Shown here piece by piece: positions 1 through 9,748 of a stretch of 64,000 nt of DNA. Below the pieces are notes generated by a model. That model made no database searches and was not told the DNA's origin. It worked only from the letters and a program-made list of their open reading frames with translations. Numbering within the stretch: position 1 is the stretch's first letter; every line of letters begins with the position of its first letter. The stretch is from a virus, in IMG/VR virus record IMGVR_UViG_3300028388_004772, positions 64,001 to 128,000 of that record. The stretch is one strand, 5' to 3'. The position numbers and the translations under genes are program-made.

Positions 1-315
1 TGATGTCAACGAAGTAGAAACACTTAAATTAACTGTTGCTGATGATCCTGTTCTTGATCTAGAATAATAACCAAGAGTCTCTGCATGAGAAAGAACAGAC
101 GATCTTAGCTGAGCTGATGATAAGAATGACTCATTGATAGCAAGGTTGGCAATCAGACCATTGAGGTGAGTATTATATGCCAGTACATCCAGAATGTTGG
201 AAAGACCTGATGTCTCAAAATCATAGTCAGAGAATTCATCCTGCTGCTGCAGATATGTTTTAAGATTTTCTTTGATTAGATCAAAATCGAGATCACTCGA
301 TCTAATAACCGCCAT
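1..315 (-). CDS. gp6: Baseplate wedge subunit gp6, N-terminal part (runs off the window)
   Basis: Manual translation MAVIRSSDLDFDLIKENLKTYLQQQDEFSDYDFETSGLSNILDVLAYNTHLN, typical gp6 N-terminus; directly follows gp25. Confidence 0.9.
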   Translation of the reverse strand, partial: MAVIRSSDLDFDLIKENLKTYLQQQDEFSDYDFETSGLSNILDVLAYNTHLNGLIANLAINESFLSSAQLRSSVLSHAETLGYYSRSRTGSSATVNLSVSTSLTS

Positions 316-755
316 TATCTCACCCTCGTTAGTGATACGTCTACTTGTACTTGTTCTTCAGTTGAAACCACTTGACAGATAACTGTCACACCAATTGAAT
401 TATAATCTGGGGATGGTTTAACGTTGACCAATCTAACCCTTGCCCTTGGTTCATAATTGTTGATAACATCAAAGATTCTCTCTTTAATATCCAACTCATC
501 AAACTCTTGATCAAGAGAAAATAAGAAATCGTTTAACCCTCCCCCATAATTTGGATCAAAGGGTTTTTCAAATCTGTTAGTTAGAAGAAGATTCTTAATC
601 GCTTGCTTTACAGCAGCACCTTCTGTTTTCTTATAGATGTCACCAGAGGGTCGATTCTGAAAAGTCAGATCGATATCTTTATACGTAACGGACCTACTAC
701 TGATGAGAGGAACGTTCGATAAATTTCCATCTTCTATTGAATATCTTCTGGCCAT
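315..755 (-). CDS. gp25: Baseplate wedge subunit gp25
   Basis: YKDIDLTF...AVKQAIKNLLLTNRFEKPFDPNYG...INNYEPR motifs. Confidence 0.92.
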   Translation of the reverse strand: MARRYSIEDGNLSNVPLISSRSVTYKDIDLTFQNRPSGDIYKKTEGAAVKQAIKNLLLTNRFEKPFDPNYGGGLNDFLFSLDQEFDELDIKERIFDVINNYEPRARVRLVNVKPSPDYNSIGVTVICQVVSTEEQVQVDVSLTRVR

Positions 756-774
756 TATAGAATCTCTTTTGTTT

Positions 775-782
775 TATTTATA
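775..782 (-). promoter_or_regulatory. T4-type late promoter (TATAAATA)
   Basis: Exact TATAAATA on the minus strand just upstream of gp25. Confidence 0.8.
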
Positions 783-786
783 TCAT

Positions 787-3462
787 TTATTGTGCCGAAT
801 CGGCAGCAAGATAAACATATGCGGACCCTGCATCACTTTCACCATTTATATTATCAAGATATGCTCCAATAACAGCCCTGCTATTGCTTAAACCAACACT
901 CCAACCAAAAATATCATTTGCTTCAGGATTAGGATTCAAAATTTCTGCTGCTTGCGACCAACTATCATTAGACCTAGTGAACACATACGCTGCACCACCG
1001 ACATTACGTGAATATCCTCCGGTAATAATTGTGTCACCTTCTATATCAAGACTACCCCCAAGATTTAAAAAACCTGGATAAGCTCCATCTTGTATTAATT
1101 TGGTTTGTTGTGTCCATGTAGAGCCAGATCGAGTAAAAACATAAACCGCTCCGTTGTTTGAACCATTTGCATCATCATTAGGTGCACCAATTGCAATCGT
1201 ATTACTATTACTGTCAACCGCAACACTAGAACCAAATCGATCGTTGCTTTGTCTGTCTCCGGCCGGAGCAGTAAGAACTGTATTTAAAGACCAACTACCA
1301 TTACTTCTTGTAAATACATGAGCATTACCGCTAGCGTATACACCATTTGCGTCTTTATAAGGAGATCCGACGACAATTGTGTCACCGGATATATCAACTC
1401 CATTTACATTTTCACCGAAACGCTCTTGGGCCTGCGGACTGGTTGGGGTCAGTTTTTGTTGTTGTGTCCAAGTACTTCCCGATCTCGTAAACACATATGC
1501 TGCACCTACGTTATTGGATCCACTAATATCATGTAGAGGGGCACTGACAACAATCGTGTCACTGTCTATTGCTACAGATGTTCCAAAATAATCCGAAATT
1601 CTGCCACCTGAGGCTTCTATAGACTGCTGTTTAGTCCAAGTACTTCCTACCCTTGTATATATGTGAGCGTTACCTGTTCCAGAAATACTATTACTGACAT
1701 CTATACTATCTCCTAGTCTTGAACCAGCAACAATTGTATCTCCATCTATAGCAACAGATGATCCCAGTCGATCGGCAGATCCACTAAAACCTTCTGTAAT
1801 TTTTTGTTCTAATTCAAAAGGAGGGAAATCGCCAGTAGAATCTAGTATAAAGTTATAAAAATTTGATAACGAAATTATTCCAGATGTAGGGGCCGGAGAT
1901 AAAATTGATGAACCAATGAGTGCACTATTAAGACGATATACAAAAATAGCTCCTTCGGACGAATAAACATCATCTTCGCGGGGAGCTCCAACCGCAATTG
2001 TATCACTGTCTATTGCTACACTATAACCATAATAATCTGCATATTCCGGTGTTGGATGTGTCAAAGTACCTTCTAGATGAACCAAATTCCAATCAGCAAT
2101 AGGAAAACCAGATTCACTGACACTATCAGAGTAATATTCCGACAATGATATCGGATTAGTTCCTCCTAGGTAATCTTGTACCTCGGACAAACTGATCGGC
2201 GGTTGATACCATCCAAGGGTATTCCATATATCTCCAGCAAAGGAATCGACAATATGTGAGAAGCTACCATTACTATTATAAAAACTCAATCCATAGCTAT
2301 TATTGGTGGTTACTATGAGTCCATTTTCTGCAGCCGCAATGTTGTCTCCAAAAGGAGCAGAATACCCGGACCTTGGGTTTGTAACATTAGGACTATTAAT
2401 AATTATCTCATTAGACCCGTCAGAATCATAAATGTATATACCCCCGATCTCATCCGGGTATCCTTTATACGGAGCTCCCACTATTAACTTGTTATTTTCG
2501 TAGATGATTTCTTGGCCAAAATCATCCCAATCACCCGGATAGCTATTATCACTTGGAAAAATTGGACTAATAGAATCCAGGTGGTCACCAGTAGCTTTAT
2601 CAAATATGAATACAGCACCAGCTCCCTGATTTGCAAATGTCCGAGCAGCCCCAGCATATACCTTGCTTGAATTCATGGCCACCAATCGAACGTGGCCATC
2701 CCCAGTATTAGTCTGTCCGGATCCTCCAAAAATTACAGCACTTCCCATATCAGGAGTAGTAGGTCTAGAGATTGTCCGGGGGTTAGTCAATCCAGAATCT
2801 AGCAGTCGTATTCGACGAAGCTCATTAACTGGATCATTTTCTGAGACAGCAATTGTATTACCTGAGACATATACATTATGACCAAGTTCATCTCCAGAAT
2901 CTCCTTCGTATACGTATTGATAATCTCGTTTATTATTTGGATTTGCTGCTATATTAGCAAGACTGTATTGATATACCCTTCCTTTAGGAACTATACCTGC
3001 ATATCCCGTACCACTGCCTGGTGCACCTACTACTAATACGTCACCAGACACAGATACCGCATGACCGAATCTTGCATTAGGTGAATATTGACCGCCGTCA
3101 TAATACGAATTCGGGTATGTCGCTAAATGAGCATCTGTCATTTCTCTACGGGCTATTAGTTCAAAATTGATAGTATCATATATCCAAACAGCACCAGCAA
3201 AATAGTCATTGCCGAAACCACCTCGATCGGATAAGTCGAAAAACAGCGGATGACCAACGACAATATAATCATCATTAAAATCTACTGATACACCATAACG
3301 ATTATCGATATCCAAGTAATCCTCATCATAACCAGTGGGTACTGTCAGCAGAGCTATTCTTTCCCCTGTTTCAGAATTTACAACAGTTACTTCACCGTTA
3401 CTGTTTACGGTATTATTTCTTGCGTTGCCACCAATAATAAATCTAAATTTAGGAAGAGCCAT
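787..3462 (-). CDS. FG-GAP repeat beta-propeller protein, putative fibre-tip adhesin/receptor-binding protein
   Basis: Many FGxSVAIDGDTIVVGAP...GAAYVF blades; internal ISLSE..GGTNPISLSEYY / PTSGIISLSNFY fibre-adaptor motif; coupled to the fibre gene. Confidence 0.8.
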   Translation of the reverse strand: MALPKFRFIIGGNARNNTVNSNGEVTVVNSETGERIALLTVPTGYDEDYLDIDNRYGVSVDFNDDYIVVGHPLFFDLSDRGGFGNDYFAGAVWIYDTINFELIARREMTDAHLATYPNSYYDGGQYSPNARFGHAVSVSGDVLVVGAPGSGTGYAGIVPKGRVYQYSLANIAANPNNKRDYQYVYEGDSGDELGHNVYVSGNTIAVSENDPVNELRRIRLLDSGLTNPRTISRPTTPDMGSAVIFGGSGQTNTGDGHVRLVAMNSSKVYAGAARTFANQGAGAVFIFDKATGDHLDSISPIFPSDNSYPGDWDDFGQEIIYENNKLIVGAPYKGYPDEIGGIYIYDSDGSNEIIINSPNVTNPRSGYSAPFGDNIAAAENGLIVTTNNSYGLSFYNSNGSFSHIVDSFAGDIWNTLGWYQPPISLSEVQDYLGGTNPISLSEYYSDSVSESGFPIADWNLVHLEGTLTHPTPEYADYYGYSVAIDSDTIAVGAPREDDVYSSEGAIFVYRLNSALIGSSILSPAPTSGIISLSNFYNFILDSTGDFPPFELEQKITEGFSGSADRLGSSVAIDGDTIVAGSRLGDSIDVSNSISGTGNAHIYTRVGSTWTKQQSIEASGGRISDYFGTSVAIDSDTIVVSAPLHDISGSNNVGAAYVFTRSGSTWTQQQKLTPTSPQAQERFGENVNGVDISGDTIVVGSPYKDANGVYASGNAHVFTRSNGSWSLNTVLTAPAGDRQSNDRFGSSVAVDSNSNTIAIGAPNDDANGSNNGAVYVFTRSGSTWTQQTKLIQDGAYPGFLNLGGSLDIEGDTIITGGYSRNVGGAAYVFTRSNDSWSQAAEILNPNPEANDIFGWSVGLSNSRAVIGAYLDNINGESDAGSAYVYLAADSAQ

Positions 3463-4733
3463 TACGGAGATCCAAATGCTGTAACATCATTAACAGCAAC
3501 AATTTCACCAATAGAATCAATTGAAACCTTAGCTATATCATTGTAAGAGAATGTTAATTTATTACTCACCACTGATATTTTCCAATCGCCAATAGTTAAT
3601 GAGGTAGCATCCCCAAATGCACTATCAATCAATGCACCCGCACGCGCTGGGGTATAATAAAGATTATTGCCTTCGGATAAATCTGTAGTTGACTTCTGAC
3701 TTAGGTCTAAGTTTGCTCCTGTCTGCAGATTCACACGAGCATCAGCTCTATCATTTGTATAGTATAGTCTACTACCCTCAGTTATATCAGAGGTTGTAGA
3801 GGGGATTGTTGGTGCACCTGTTAACGAGCTGTATGCAAAATCTTGAGGAGTTTCTCGAGCTCTCACGTATGTGTTATTAACAACAGCAGAAATAAGATCA
3901 ATTACGGCATTCGAGTCGGTACCCACAACACCTAAGGACGTAACATAATCAGCACCTATAATCGATTGAACATCATTAGAATCTAGTAAGTACGGTTTAC
4001 CCGAAATAGAGTTCCAAGAAAAGTTTGGAGCTGTGGATGGACTACCGATATAGAATCCACTAAACCGTGCGCCAGACCTGATAAAAGTTGATGTGTCGCC
4101 TGACACATCATATTCAATTTGAATAGAATCATTAGCTTCAAAATATTCTACTCCCGCGATAGTGTGGGTAGTGAACCCTCCTCCCTGACCGTCCTCTAAG
4201 GTTCTGTAGCTGAAATTAGCATTACCACCAATAAGCTGTTGGTTAACCTTTAGTCGTATCTCAGACCACGCTGCTCCCTCGATATTATCGGAAGTGACCA
4301 TACTATTAAGTTGATAGTATCCACTAACGGGTATAACGTATGAGAACCCTGCTGAATCCCAACCTTGACCCACGTCAAAGATTACATTATCAAACGGAAT
4401 TATTACCGCATTCGTATAATCAGCACTAGACATATTTGTCTCGAGTTGCACACTAAACGCAACAGTTGCTTCTTGTACTATACTATCCGCTATCCACTCG
4501 TTGCCGTTGTATTTTAAGAACATGCCAACGCCAGCAGAATCCACTGAATCTGAAACATTAGATAAAGCACCAAGAGTTGATCCAACAACACCATCCCCAA
4601 ACCTAAGATTGCCGTTCTCATCAATAACGATAACCTGATTTTCAGTACCAGTCTCTGTAGGAAGAGTATACAGAGTATTCCCATTGTCATCAATGTAGAT
4701 TACTGTACTTCCAGACTGTCTTAAATCTGCCAT
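3462..4733 (-). CDS. Tail fibre-like protein with C1q-like domain
   Basis: VAFSV...IPFDNVIFDVGQGWD...IPVSGYYQL...FSGFYIG C1q-like segment, TTSDITEGSRLYYT repeats, fibre-type C-terminus NDVTAFGSP. Confidence 0.72.
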   Translation of the reverse strand: MADLRQSGSTVIYIDDNGNTLYTLPTETGTENQVIVIDENGNLRFGDGVVGSTLGALSNVSDSVDSAGVGMFLKYNGNEWIADSIVQEATVAFSVQLETNMSSADYTNAVIIPFDNVIFDVGQGWDSAGFSYVIPVSGYYQLNSMVTSDNIEGAAWSEIRLKVNQQLIGGNANFSYRTLEDGQGGGFTTHTIAGVEYFEANDSIQIEYDVSGDTSTFIRSGARFSGFYIGSPSTAPNFSWNSISGKPYLLDSNDVQSIIGADYVTSLGVVGTDSNAVIDLISAVVNNTYVRARETPQDFAYSSLTGAPTIPSTTSDITEGSRLYYTNDRADARVNLQTGANLDLSQKSTTDLSEGNNLYYTPARAGALIDSAFGDATSLTIGDWKISVVSNKLTFSYNDIAKVSIDSIGEIVAVNDVTAFGSP

Positions 4734-4735
4734 AC

Positions 4736-5506
4736 CTATGCCTTATTCGGTTTCGCTGTTGTATTTGTAGAAGCTGCCAAGCCAGGACCATCAGTGTGCT
4801 GATGAGTATGATTAACTAATGATACCCCATCAACTACTACATCTCCATTTGTTCCTGTTACATTAACAGTATCACTTGTTACTGTAGTAGTCGTGGATGT
4901 TACGTTCACATTTGTAGCCTTGATATTAGCATTTTCACCAGCATCAATATATACACTTGTTGACTTGATTACTATTTGACCATCAGGATGAAATTCAATG
5001 TATGATCCAGATTTATGAAAGATGTTGATTCTTTCTTTACCATCTGTGTCATCAATTTCAATCACATGACCAGACTTTGTTTGTGTAACCTTATTGTCAG
5101 GATACACTGCACCATATGTATCTGTTGGAGCTCCTGACACTGATACAGATCTGTCAAGGGTATCTGTACCTGTCGTTAAAGGATTAACATCTCCGTCCTT
5201 TGGCATCGAACCCACAACCAATGGAAGCTGAGAGTGTGTTCCATCAAGAAAGATACCAAAGACATTCGAACCAACCTGAACTCCAAGATTGTTTCCAAGA
5301 CCATCGGTTCCACCTTCTGTAATAGGTGTAACAACCTGAGCCCAAGGTAAGTCACTGTCCGGGATGTCAATTGTATTTTCACTATGTACACCAAAGATCC
5401 TGACCTTTATCCGCCCAAGATAGAGAGGGTCGGAGACACTAACAACGCGGCCAATAAACCACCTTGTCTGATCTCCATAAAAGTCAATGTACGGTTTTGG
5501 AATCAT
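4736..5506 (-). CDS. gp5: Baseplate central spike gp5 (no lysozyme domain, HxH tip)
   Basis: WFIGRVVSVSDPLYLGRIKVRIFGVH OB-fold, YPDNKVTQTKSGHVIEIDDT, C-terminal VSLVNHTH. Confidence 0.9.
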   Translation of the reverse strand: MIPKPYIDFYGDQTRWFIGRVVSVSDPLYLGRIKVRIFGVHSENTIDIPDSDLPWAQVVTPITEGGTDGLGNNLGVQVGSNVFGIFLDGTHSQLPLVVGSMPKDGDVNPLTTGTDTLDRSVSVSGAPTDTYGAVYPDNKVTQTKSGHVIEIDDTDGKERINIFHKSGSYIEFHPDGQIVIKSTSVYIDAGENANIKATNVNVTSTTTTVTSDTVNVTGTNGDVVVDGVSLVNHTHQHTDGPGLAASTNTTAKPNKA

Positions 5507-6852
5507 ATAATATCCGTATAGTTAGCGAGTTTAGATCCCGTCATCTTTATATAATGTTTAAATGTATCAGTATCTTTTTTGAATGTGTGTTGGGCAGCAA
5601 AGATCAAATAGTCACCTGACTTTTTCTGATCAAGTAACTGATCTGAGAGAGTGGGATCAGGATTGGGAAACGTAAAATGAATTCTCAAGTTGTTTCCGAC
5701 AGTCGTATGTTCTTCACCACCAATAAAATCTAGACCCTTGACAGCAAATGTAATTGGTGCATTAGCAAGAAGCTCTTTCATTGCCTGACTTGTTACATTA
5801 TTCTTATAATCAGATAGCAACTCACTCTCTTTGTAACTATTGAACGATGTTTCATCAACGTATGCTGAGCTTCCACCTATCCGAGTAATCCTTCTACTAC
5901 CAAGTTCATTGTATGGTTTTTCGTTTAACTTGTACCTTGGACCATACATGATATTATTTTGATTTTTTGGTAACACACTATTCTTAACAAGAGGATCTAA
6001 CAGATCTTTCGTTACATCAAATTGAAATGTATTTCTTCTGTTCTTGACTGTATCAATGTATTCGTATTGAGCACCGATCAATCCTCTTTGAATATATCGG
6101 TATAGATTATTAACCTCATTCTGATCAAAGCCAAGTAGGATTCTTCGCTTTGCTGTTTCATCATCCGAAAAAAATGGTGTACTAGAATACCGGTAAGGGC
6201 CATCGGGGTTTATTACTGGAGTGTTAACCAATGTACCCAAATCGACATAATTTAAAGTATCAGTTATCAATGTGGAAAATAGATAAAACGGATACCCATT
6301 GATGGTTGTTGCCCTGTCCCGGATCCACATCATTGCTTCAATAGGACTCAGGTTAGGAACAATCAGCTTTATACTTTGTGTATCCTTTCCAAATTTCGTA
6401 ACTTGTTTGCCTAAGAAATTTGATGCTATTTTTTCAATGATTGTTCCACACTTGCCATTGTATGACTTATTCAAATTTTGAAGATTTGACTCAAATCCAA
6501 TATCTTCAATTAAATTAAAAATATGACCTTCCGAGGTGTCATTAACTTTGGCTGTAGAAAGAATCTCACTGATATAGAATGTTTTACTAAACGGTTTTGC
6601 ATCTTTACTACTACAGGTAATTTTGATAAATATTGTTTCCCCGCCGATGACATCTGCATTAGTAAGAAATCCTGAATCATCGACGAGCATGATTCTTCCA
6701 GTGAGATAGGGAAAGTTCAAGTCTTCAAAGATCTCGAGATCAGTGACATTATTTTTTAGTTCGATAGGACGATCTAAAAACGGTGATGTAAACAATACCG
6801 TATCAAATATAAAATCAGAGACTGTCTCTGGTGCACCCGTAACGACACTCAA
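5503..6852 (-). CDS. Baseplate hub protein (gp27-like)
   Basis: IFEDLNFPYLTGRIMLVD and KSGDYLIFAAQHTF motifs; position between gp53 and gp5. Confidence 0.65.
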   Translation of the reverse strand: MSVVTGAPETVSDFIFDTVLFTSPFLDRPIELKNNVTDLEIFEDLNFPYLTGRIMLVDDSGFLTNADVIGGETIFIKITCSSKDAKPFSKTFYISEILSTAKVNDTSEGHIFNLIEDIGFESNLQNLNKSYNGKCGTIIEKIASNFLGKQVTKFGKDTQSIKLIVPNLSPIEAMMWIRDRATTINGYPFYLFSTLITDTLNYVDLGTLVNTPVINPDGPYRYSSTPFFSDDETAKRRILLGFDQNEVNNLYRYIQRGLIGAQYEYIDTVKNRRNTFQFDVTKDLLDPLVKNSVLPKNQNNIMYGPRYKLNEKPYNELGSRRITRIGGSSAYVDETSFNSYKESELLSDYKNNVTSQAMKELLANAPITFAVKGLDFIGGEEHTTVGNNLRIHFTFPNPDPTLSDQLLDQKKSGDYLIFAAQHTFKKDTDTFKHYIKMTGSKLANYTDII

Positions 6853-7577
6853 CTTCCAACTGCCTCTCTAAATGATGCTACGACAGTAGGCATAGCCGAA
6901 GGTTTGATAATTCTGATTTGCTTTAGATCTTCATTTTGAGTAACCATTCTATCAAGATAGGTTATTTCAGTAAGGAGAGCTCCAGGTCCAACTTCAGGAT
7001 CAATATCAACAACCTCCCCGGAAGCATTCTCATAGTGATGGGCAGACAAATATTCAAGACCTGAACTAACTAACGTAATAGATTCCAACTCTTCATCTAA
7101 ATTTGTTGATGTAATCGTTTCACCCGCAATGAACTGATTCGTCAACTGACCAACGACAAGCTGACCAAGGTCTAGGTGTCTGTGATTAATAACAGCAGTA
7201 GCACCAGACGTTGTTCCTTGAATTGTTTGACCAACCTTAAACTTATCGGTTAGTCTTGTCCTTGTAGTAAGAGTTGTCAGACTATAATCCTTTTGTGCTT
7301 TTGCAATCAACTCCTGATTAGTGATGGGCCATCCACGACCTCTAATTTTGTCATTAATTAAATAAAACGTCCAATGCAATGTAGGGGTGTCATATAAGAA
7401 ATATGATAGACGATCGGGTCTTTCGCCTTCCTGAATATAATAATCTTGATAGAACGCAACATTGTTTTTAATTTCATCAAAGATACTGGAATATACTGAG
7501 ATGTTTTGAAATACATCAGGTGTAGTCTCGTCCCCAAAGTAATATTCCACGTACGGAAAGTATCTAAAAAATGACAT
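6849..7577 (-). CDS. gp53: Baseplate wedge protein gp53
   Basis: FFRYFPYVEY, YYIQEGERPDRLSYFLYDTPTLHW LysM-like motif. Confidence 0.9.
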   Translation of the reverse strand: MSFFRYFPYVEYYFGDETTPDVFQNISVYSSIFDEIKNNVAFYQDYYIQEGERPDRLSYFLYDTPTLHWTFYLINDKIRGRGWPITNQELIAKAQKDYSLTTLTTRTRLTDKFKVGQTIQGTTSGATAVINHRHLDLGQLVVGQLTNQFIAGETITSTNLDEELESITLVSSGLEYLSAHHYENASGEVVDIDPEVGPGALLTEITYLDRMVTQNEDLKQIRIIKPSAMPTVVASFREAVGS

Positions 7578-7579
7578 AA

Positions 7580-8629
7580 TTAAATCTCCAGTGGGTCATC
7601 ATTATCAGACTGATTAACAACATCAGAGAACGCTTTCTCCTGACCCCGTTGGGTAGCAGGATCAGGATAATCTTTCCACTGATCCTCAATATCACTTCTT
7701 GCCAATGGTCTGTGCTCCATAAAGTTTAAAGTCAGATCAGTTTCAATAGGCTCACCATCATAATGATATACACCTGCTGTTCCATTGGTTGTTACTGAAA
7801 TCGAGTTTAGAAAGCAGTCTAGTAATTTAGTACCAATAGGTGTATATCTTAAATTTCCGTTCTCGAACGTCCGAGAGAACAATTTAATTCTAAACATGTC
7901 AGGATACTTATATGCAATTGGAATAGCTCCACCGATAGGTAATTCCTCTGGATATGCATGGAACCTGAAATAATTAACTATCTGCTTGACGAGTACAGCC
8001 TCATCACGAGACCTTGGAATAAATTTAAACTGAAAAGAAAATTGTCTTATACCGACATTAGAAAACGTTGTTCTCAGATTAGGGTGAATACTAGCCTGAG
8101 CAACTAATCCAACAGCATCCCTCACTCCTTGAGGAATAGGAGCAAATGACGCTGCTCTCACAGCAGCTGCTTGGGACAAAGCTTGACCACCAAAAGCTTT
8201 TAAAACATCATCTACACCTTTGACAAATCCTTCTCTCATCGCAGTGGATGCAGCTTGAGCAACTGATCCACCTTGCTGCATTGTATTGAGAAAACCAGCT
8301 CCCGCGATACCTAATGAGGCTGCGTTGTTATAACTAAACACATCTGTCACCGTATGCGCCTGAGGAACATATAGATCAACTTTTTTTCCAGTTGCACTGA
8401 CACTATACCCAGAAGCCTTGAGTGGCTTGCTTTCTGGTCGATCTACTCGGTTTCCTGATGCATCTATATCGACATCCCCATCTCTCTTCCATTTCAACAG
8501 GGACTTGAAGTCTCCACGAATTGTGGGAGGATTAGTTTTAATAATCTCAAATTGGATCTTAGCATTGTACCTGTCTCTGTCGTCAACTGGATACTCAAAT
8601 CGACCAGGCTTATAATCTTCAACGGCCAT
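7580..8629 (-). CDS. gp48: Baseplate tail-tube cap gp48
   Basis: HPNLRTTFSNVGIRQFSFQFKFIPRSRDEA...YPDMFRI...LTLNFME. Confidence 0.85.
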   Translation of the reverse strand: MAVEDYKPGRFEYPVDDRDRYNAKIQFEIIKTNPPTIRGDFKSLLKWKRDGDVDIDASGNRVDRPESKPLKASGYSVSATGKKVDLYVPQAHTVTDVFSYNNAASLGIAGAGFLNTMQQGGSVAQAASTAMREGFVKGVDDVLKAFGGQALSQAAAVRAASFAPIPQGVRDAVGLVAQASIHPNLRTTFSNVGIRQFSFQFKFIPRSRDEAVLVKQIVNYFRFHAYPEELPIGGAIPIAYKYPDMFRIKLFSRTFENGNLRYTPIGTKLLDCFLNSISVTTNGTAGVYHYDGEPIETDLTLNFMEHRPLARSDIEDQWKDYPDPATQRGQEKAFSDVVNQSDNDDPLEI

Positions 8630-8662
8630 GTAGAAAACCTATAGATAGAATTAGTTTAGTTT

Positions 8663-8670
8663 TATTTATA
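8663..8670 (-). promoter_or_regulatory. T4-type late promoter (TATAAATA)
   Basis: Exact motif upstream of gp48 in the divergent gp48/gp4 gap. Confidence 0.8.
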
Positions 8671-8677
8671 ATCAAAT

Positions 8678-9181
8678 ATGGCATATTCAGGTAAATACCA
8701 AGTTATCAATCGCGACAAGTATAAAGGCGATCCAGACATGATCGTCTACAGGTCCCTATGGGAAAAATATTGTTTCGTTTGGTGTGACACAAATCCCAAG
8801 GTTAAGGCTTGGAGCTCTGAAGAAATTATTATTCCATACTACTATGATGTAGACAAAAAATATCATCGGTATTTTCCTGATCTGAAAATTGTGACAGAAG
8901 AGAAAACACTTCTTGTTGAAATTAAGCCAGATAAGGAAACAAAACCTCCAACAGGGGAGAGACGGACAAAGCGATACATCAACGAAGGATTGACATACAT
9001 TAAAAATATGAACAAGTGGGAAGCCGCCGAAGAATATTGTAAAGACCGCAGTTGGGAATTTCAGATTTGGACTGAGGATACGTTGATTGAGATGGGATTG
9101 TTGCCAAAAAAGATGCCTGGCAAAATTAAAAAGCCTCTGAAAAGAATGCAGCCATACCGTAAGAAAAAATCTAAAAAATAA
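8678..9181 (+). CDS. gp4: Head completion nuclease gp4
   Basis: AYSGKY...KYKGDP..IVYRSLWE...WSSEEIIIPY...HRYFPD...EIKP. Confidence 0.93.
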   Translation: MAYSGKYQVINRDKYKGDPDMIVYRSLWEKYCFVWCDTNPKVKAWSSEEIIIPYYYDVDKKYHRYFPDLKIVTEEKTLLVEIKPDKETKPPTGERRTKRYINEGLTYIKNMNKWEAAEEYCKDRSWEFQIWTEDTLIEMGLLPKKMPGKIKKPLKRMQPYRKKKSKK

Positions 9182-9182
9182 C

Positions 9183-9190
9183 TATAAATA
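9183..9190 (+). promoter_or_regulatory. T4-type late promoter (TATAAATA)
   Basis: Exact motif immediately upstream of gp2. Confidence 0.75.
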
Positions 9191-9195
9191 CTTTT

Positions 9196-9747
9196 ATGAG
9201 CAACCTATTTCAAAAACTAGAGATTGAAGCGTTCCGCGCTGGTATTCAACCTCGTACAAAAGAATCTATGGATTGGTTTCGGAGGAAAGCAACACAGCTC
9301 GGCCGTGTCGGTAAATCCGTTATGAATGACGAAGCTGTTAAGCTTCAAAGCAGTATGAGGGATCCGGTTGGAAATATGTACATGTTCTTCTATGATCCTA
9401 AGCATAAGAAGACATTACCCTACTATGATAAGTTTCCACTGATCCTTATGATTGGTCCTGCAGATGGTGGATTCTATGGTTTGAATCTTCATTATCTTCC
9501 ACCAGTGCTTAGGGCAAAGGTCCTTGATGCTGTCTTAGCAGAAGATAACAAAGAAGTTGCCATCAAAAGAATTCCAAAGAAATATATTTCACCAATGATC
9601 AAACATTACTTAAATGATCATGTAAAAAGTAGATTTGCGTTGGTTGATAAACCAGAGTGGGAGATTGCAACGTTTTTGCCAACAGCCCAGTTCGAGAAAC
9701 TAACAGCATCTCAAGTGTACACCAGATCAAAGAGAATGATAAAGTAA
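9196..9747 (+). CDS. gp2: DNA end protector protein gp2
   Basis: MYMFFYDPKHKKTLPYYDKFPL...GLNLHYLPP. Confidence 0.93.
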   Translation: MSNLFQKLEIEAFRAGIQPRTKESMDWFRRKATQLGRVGKSVMNDEAVKLQSSMRDPVGNMYMFFYDPKHKKTLPYYDKFPLILMIGPADGGFYGLNLHYLPPVLRAKVLDAVLAEDNKEVAIKRIPKKYISPMIKHYLNDHVKSRFALVDKPEWEIATFLPTAQFEKLTASQVYTRSKRMIK

Positions 9748-9748
9748 T

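Noticed and set aside
703-2881. Short plus-strand ORFs opposite structural genes (and similar ones throughout the window)
   Set aside because: Antisense shadows of well-supported genes, without RBS or recognisable motifs.
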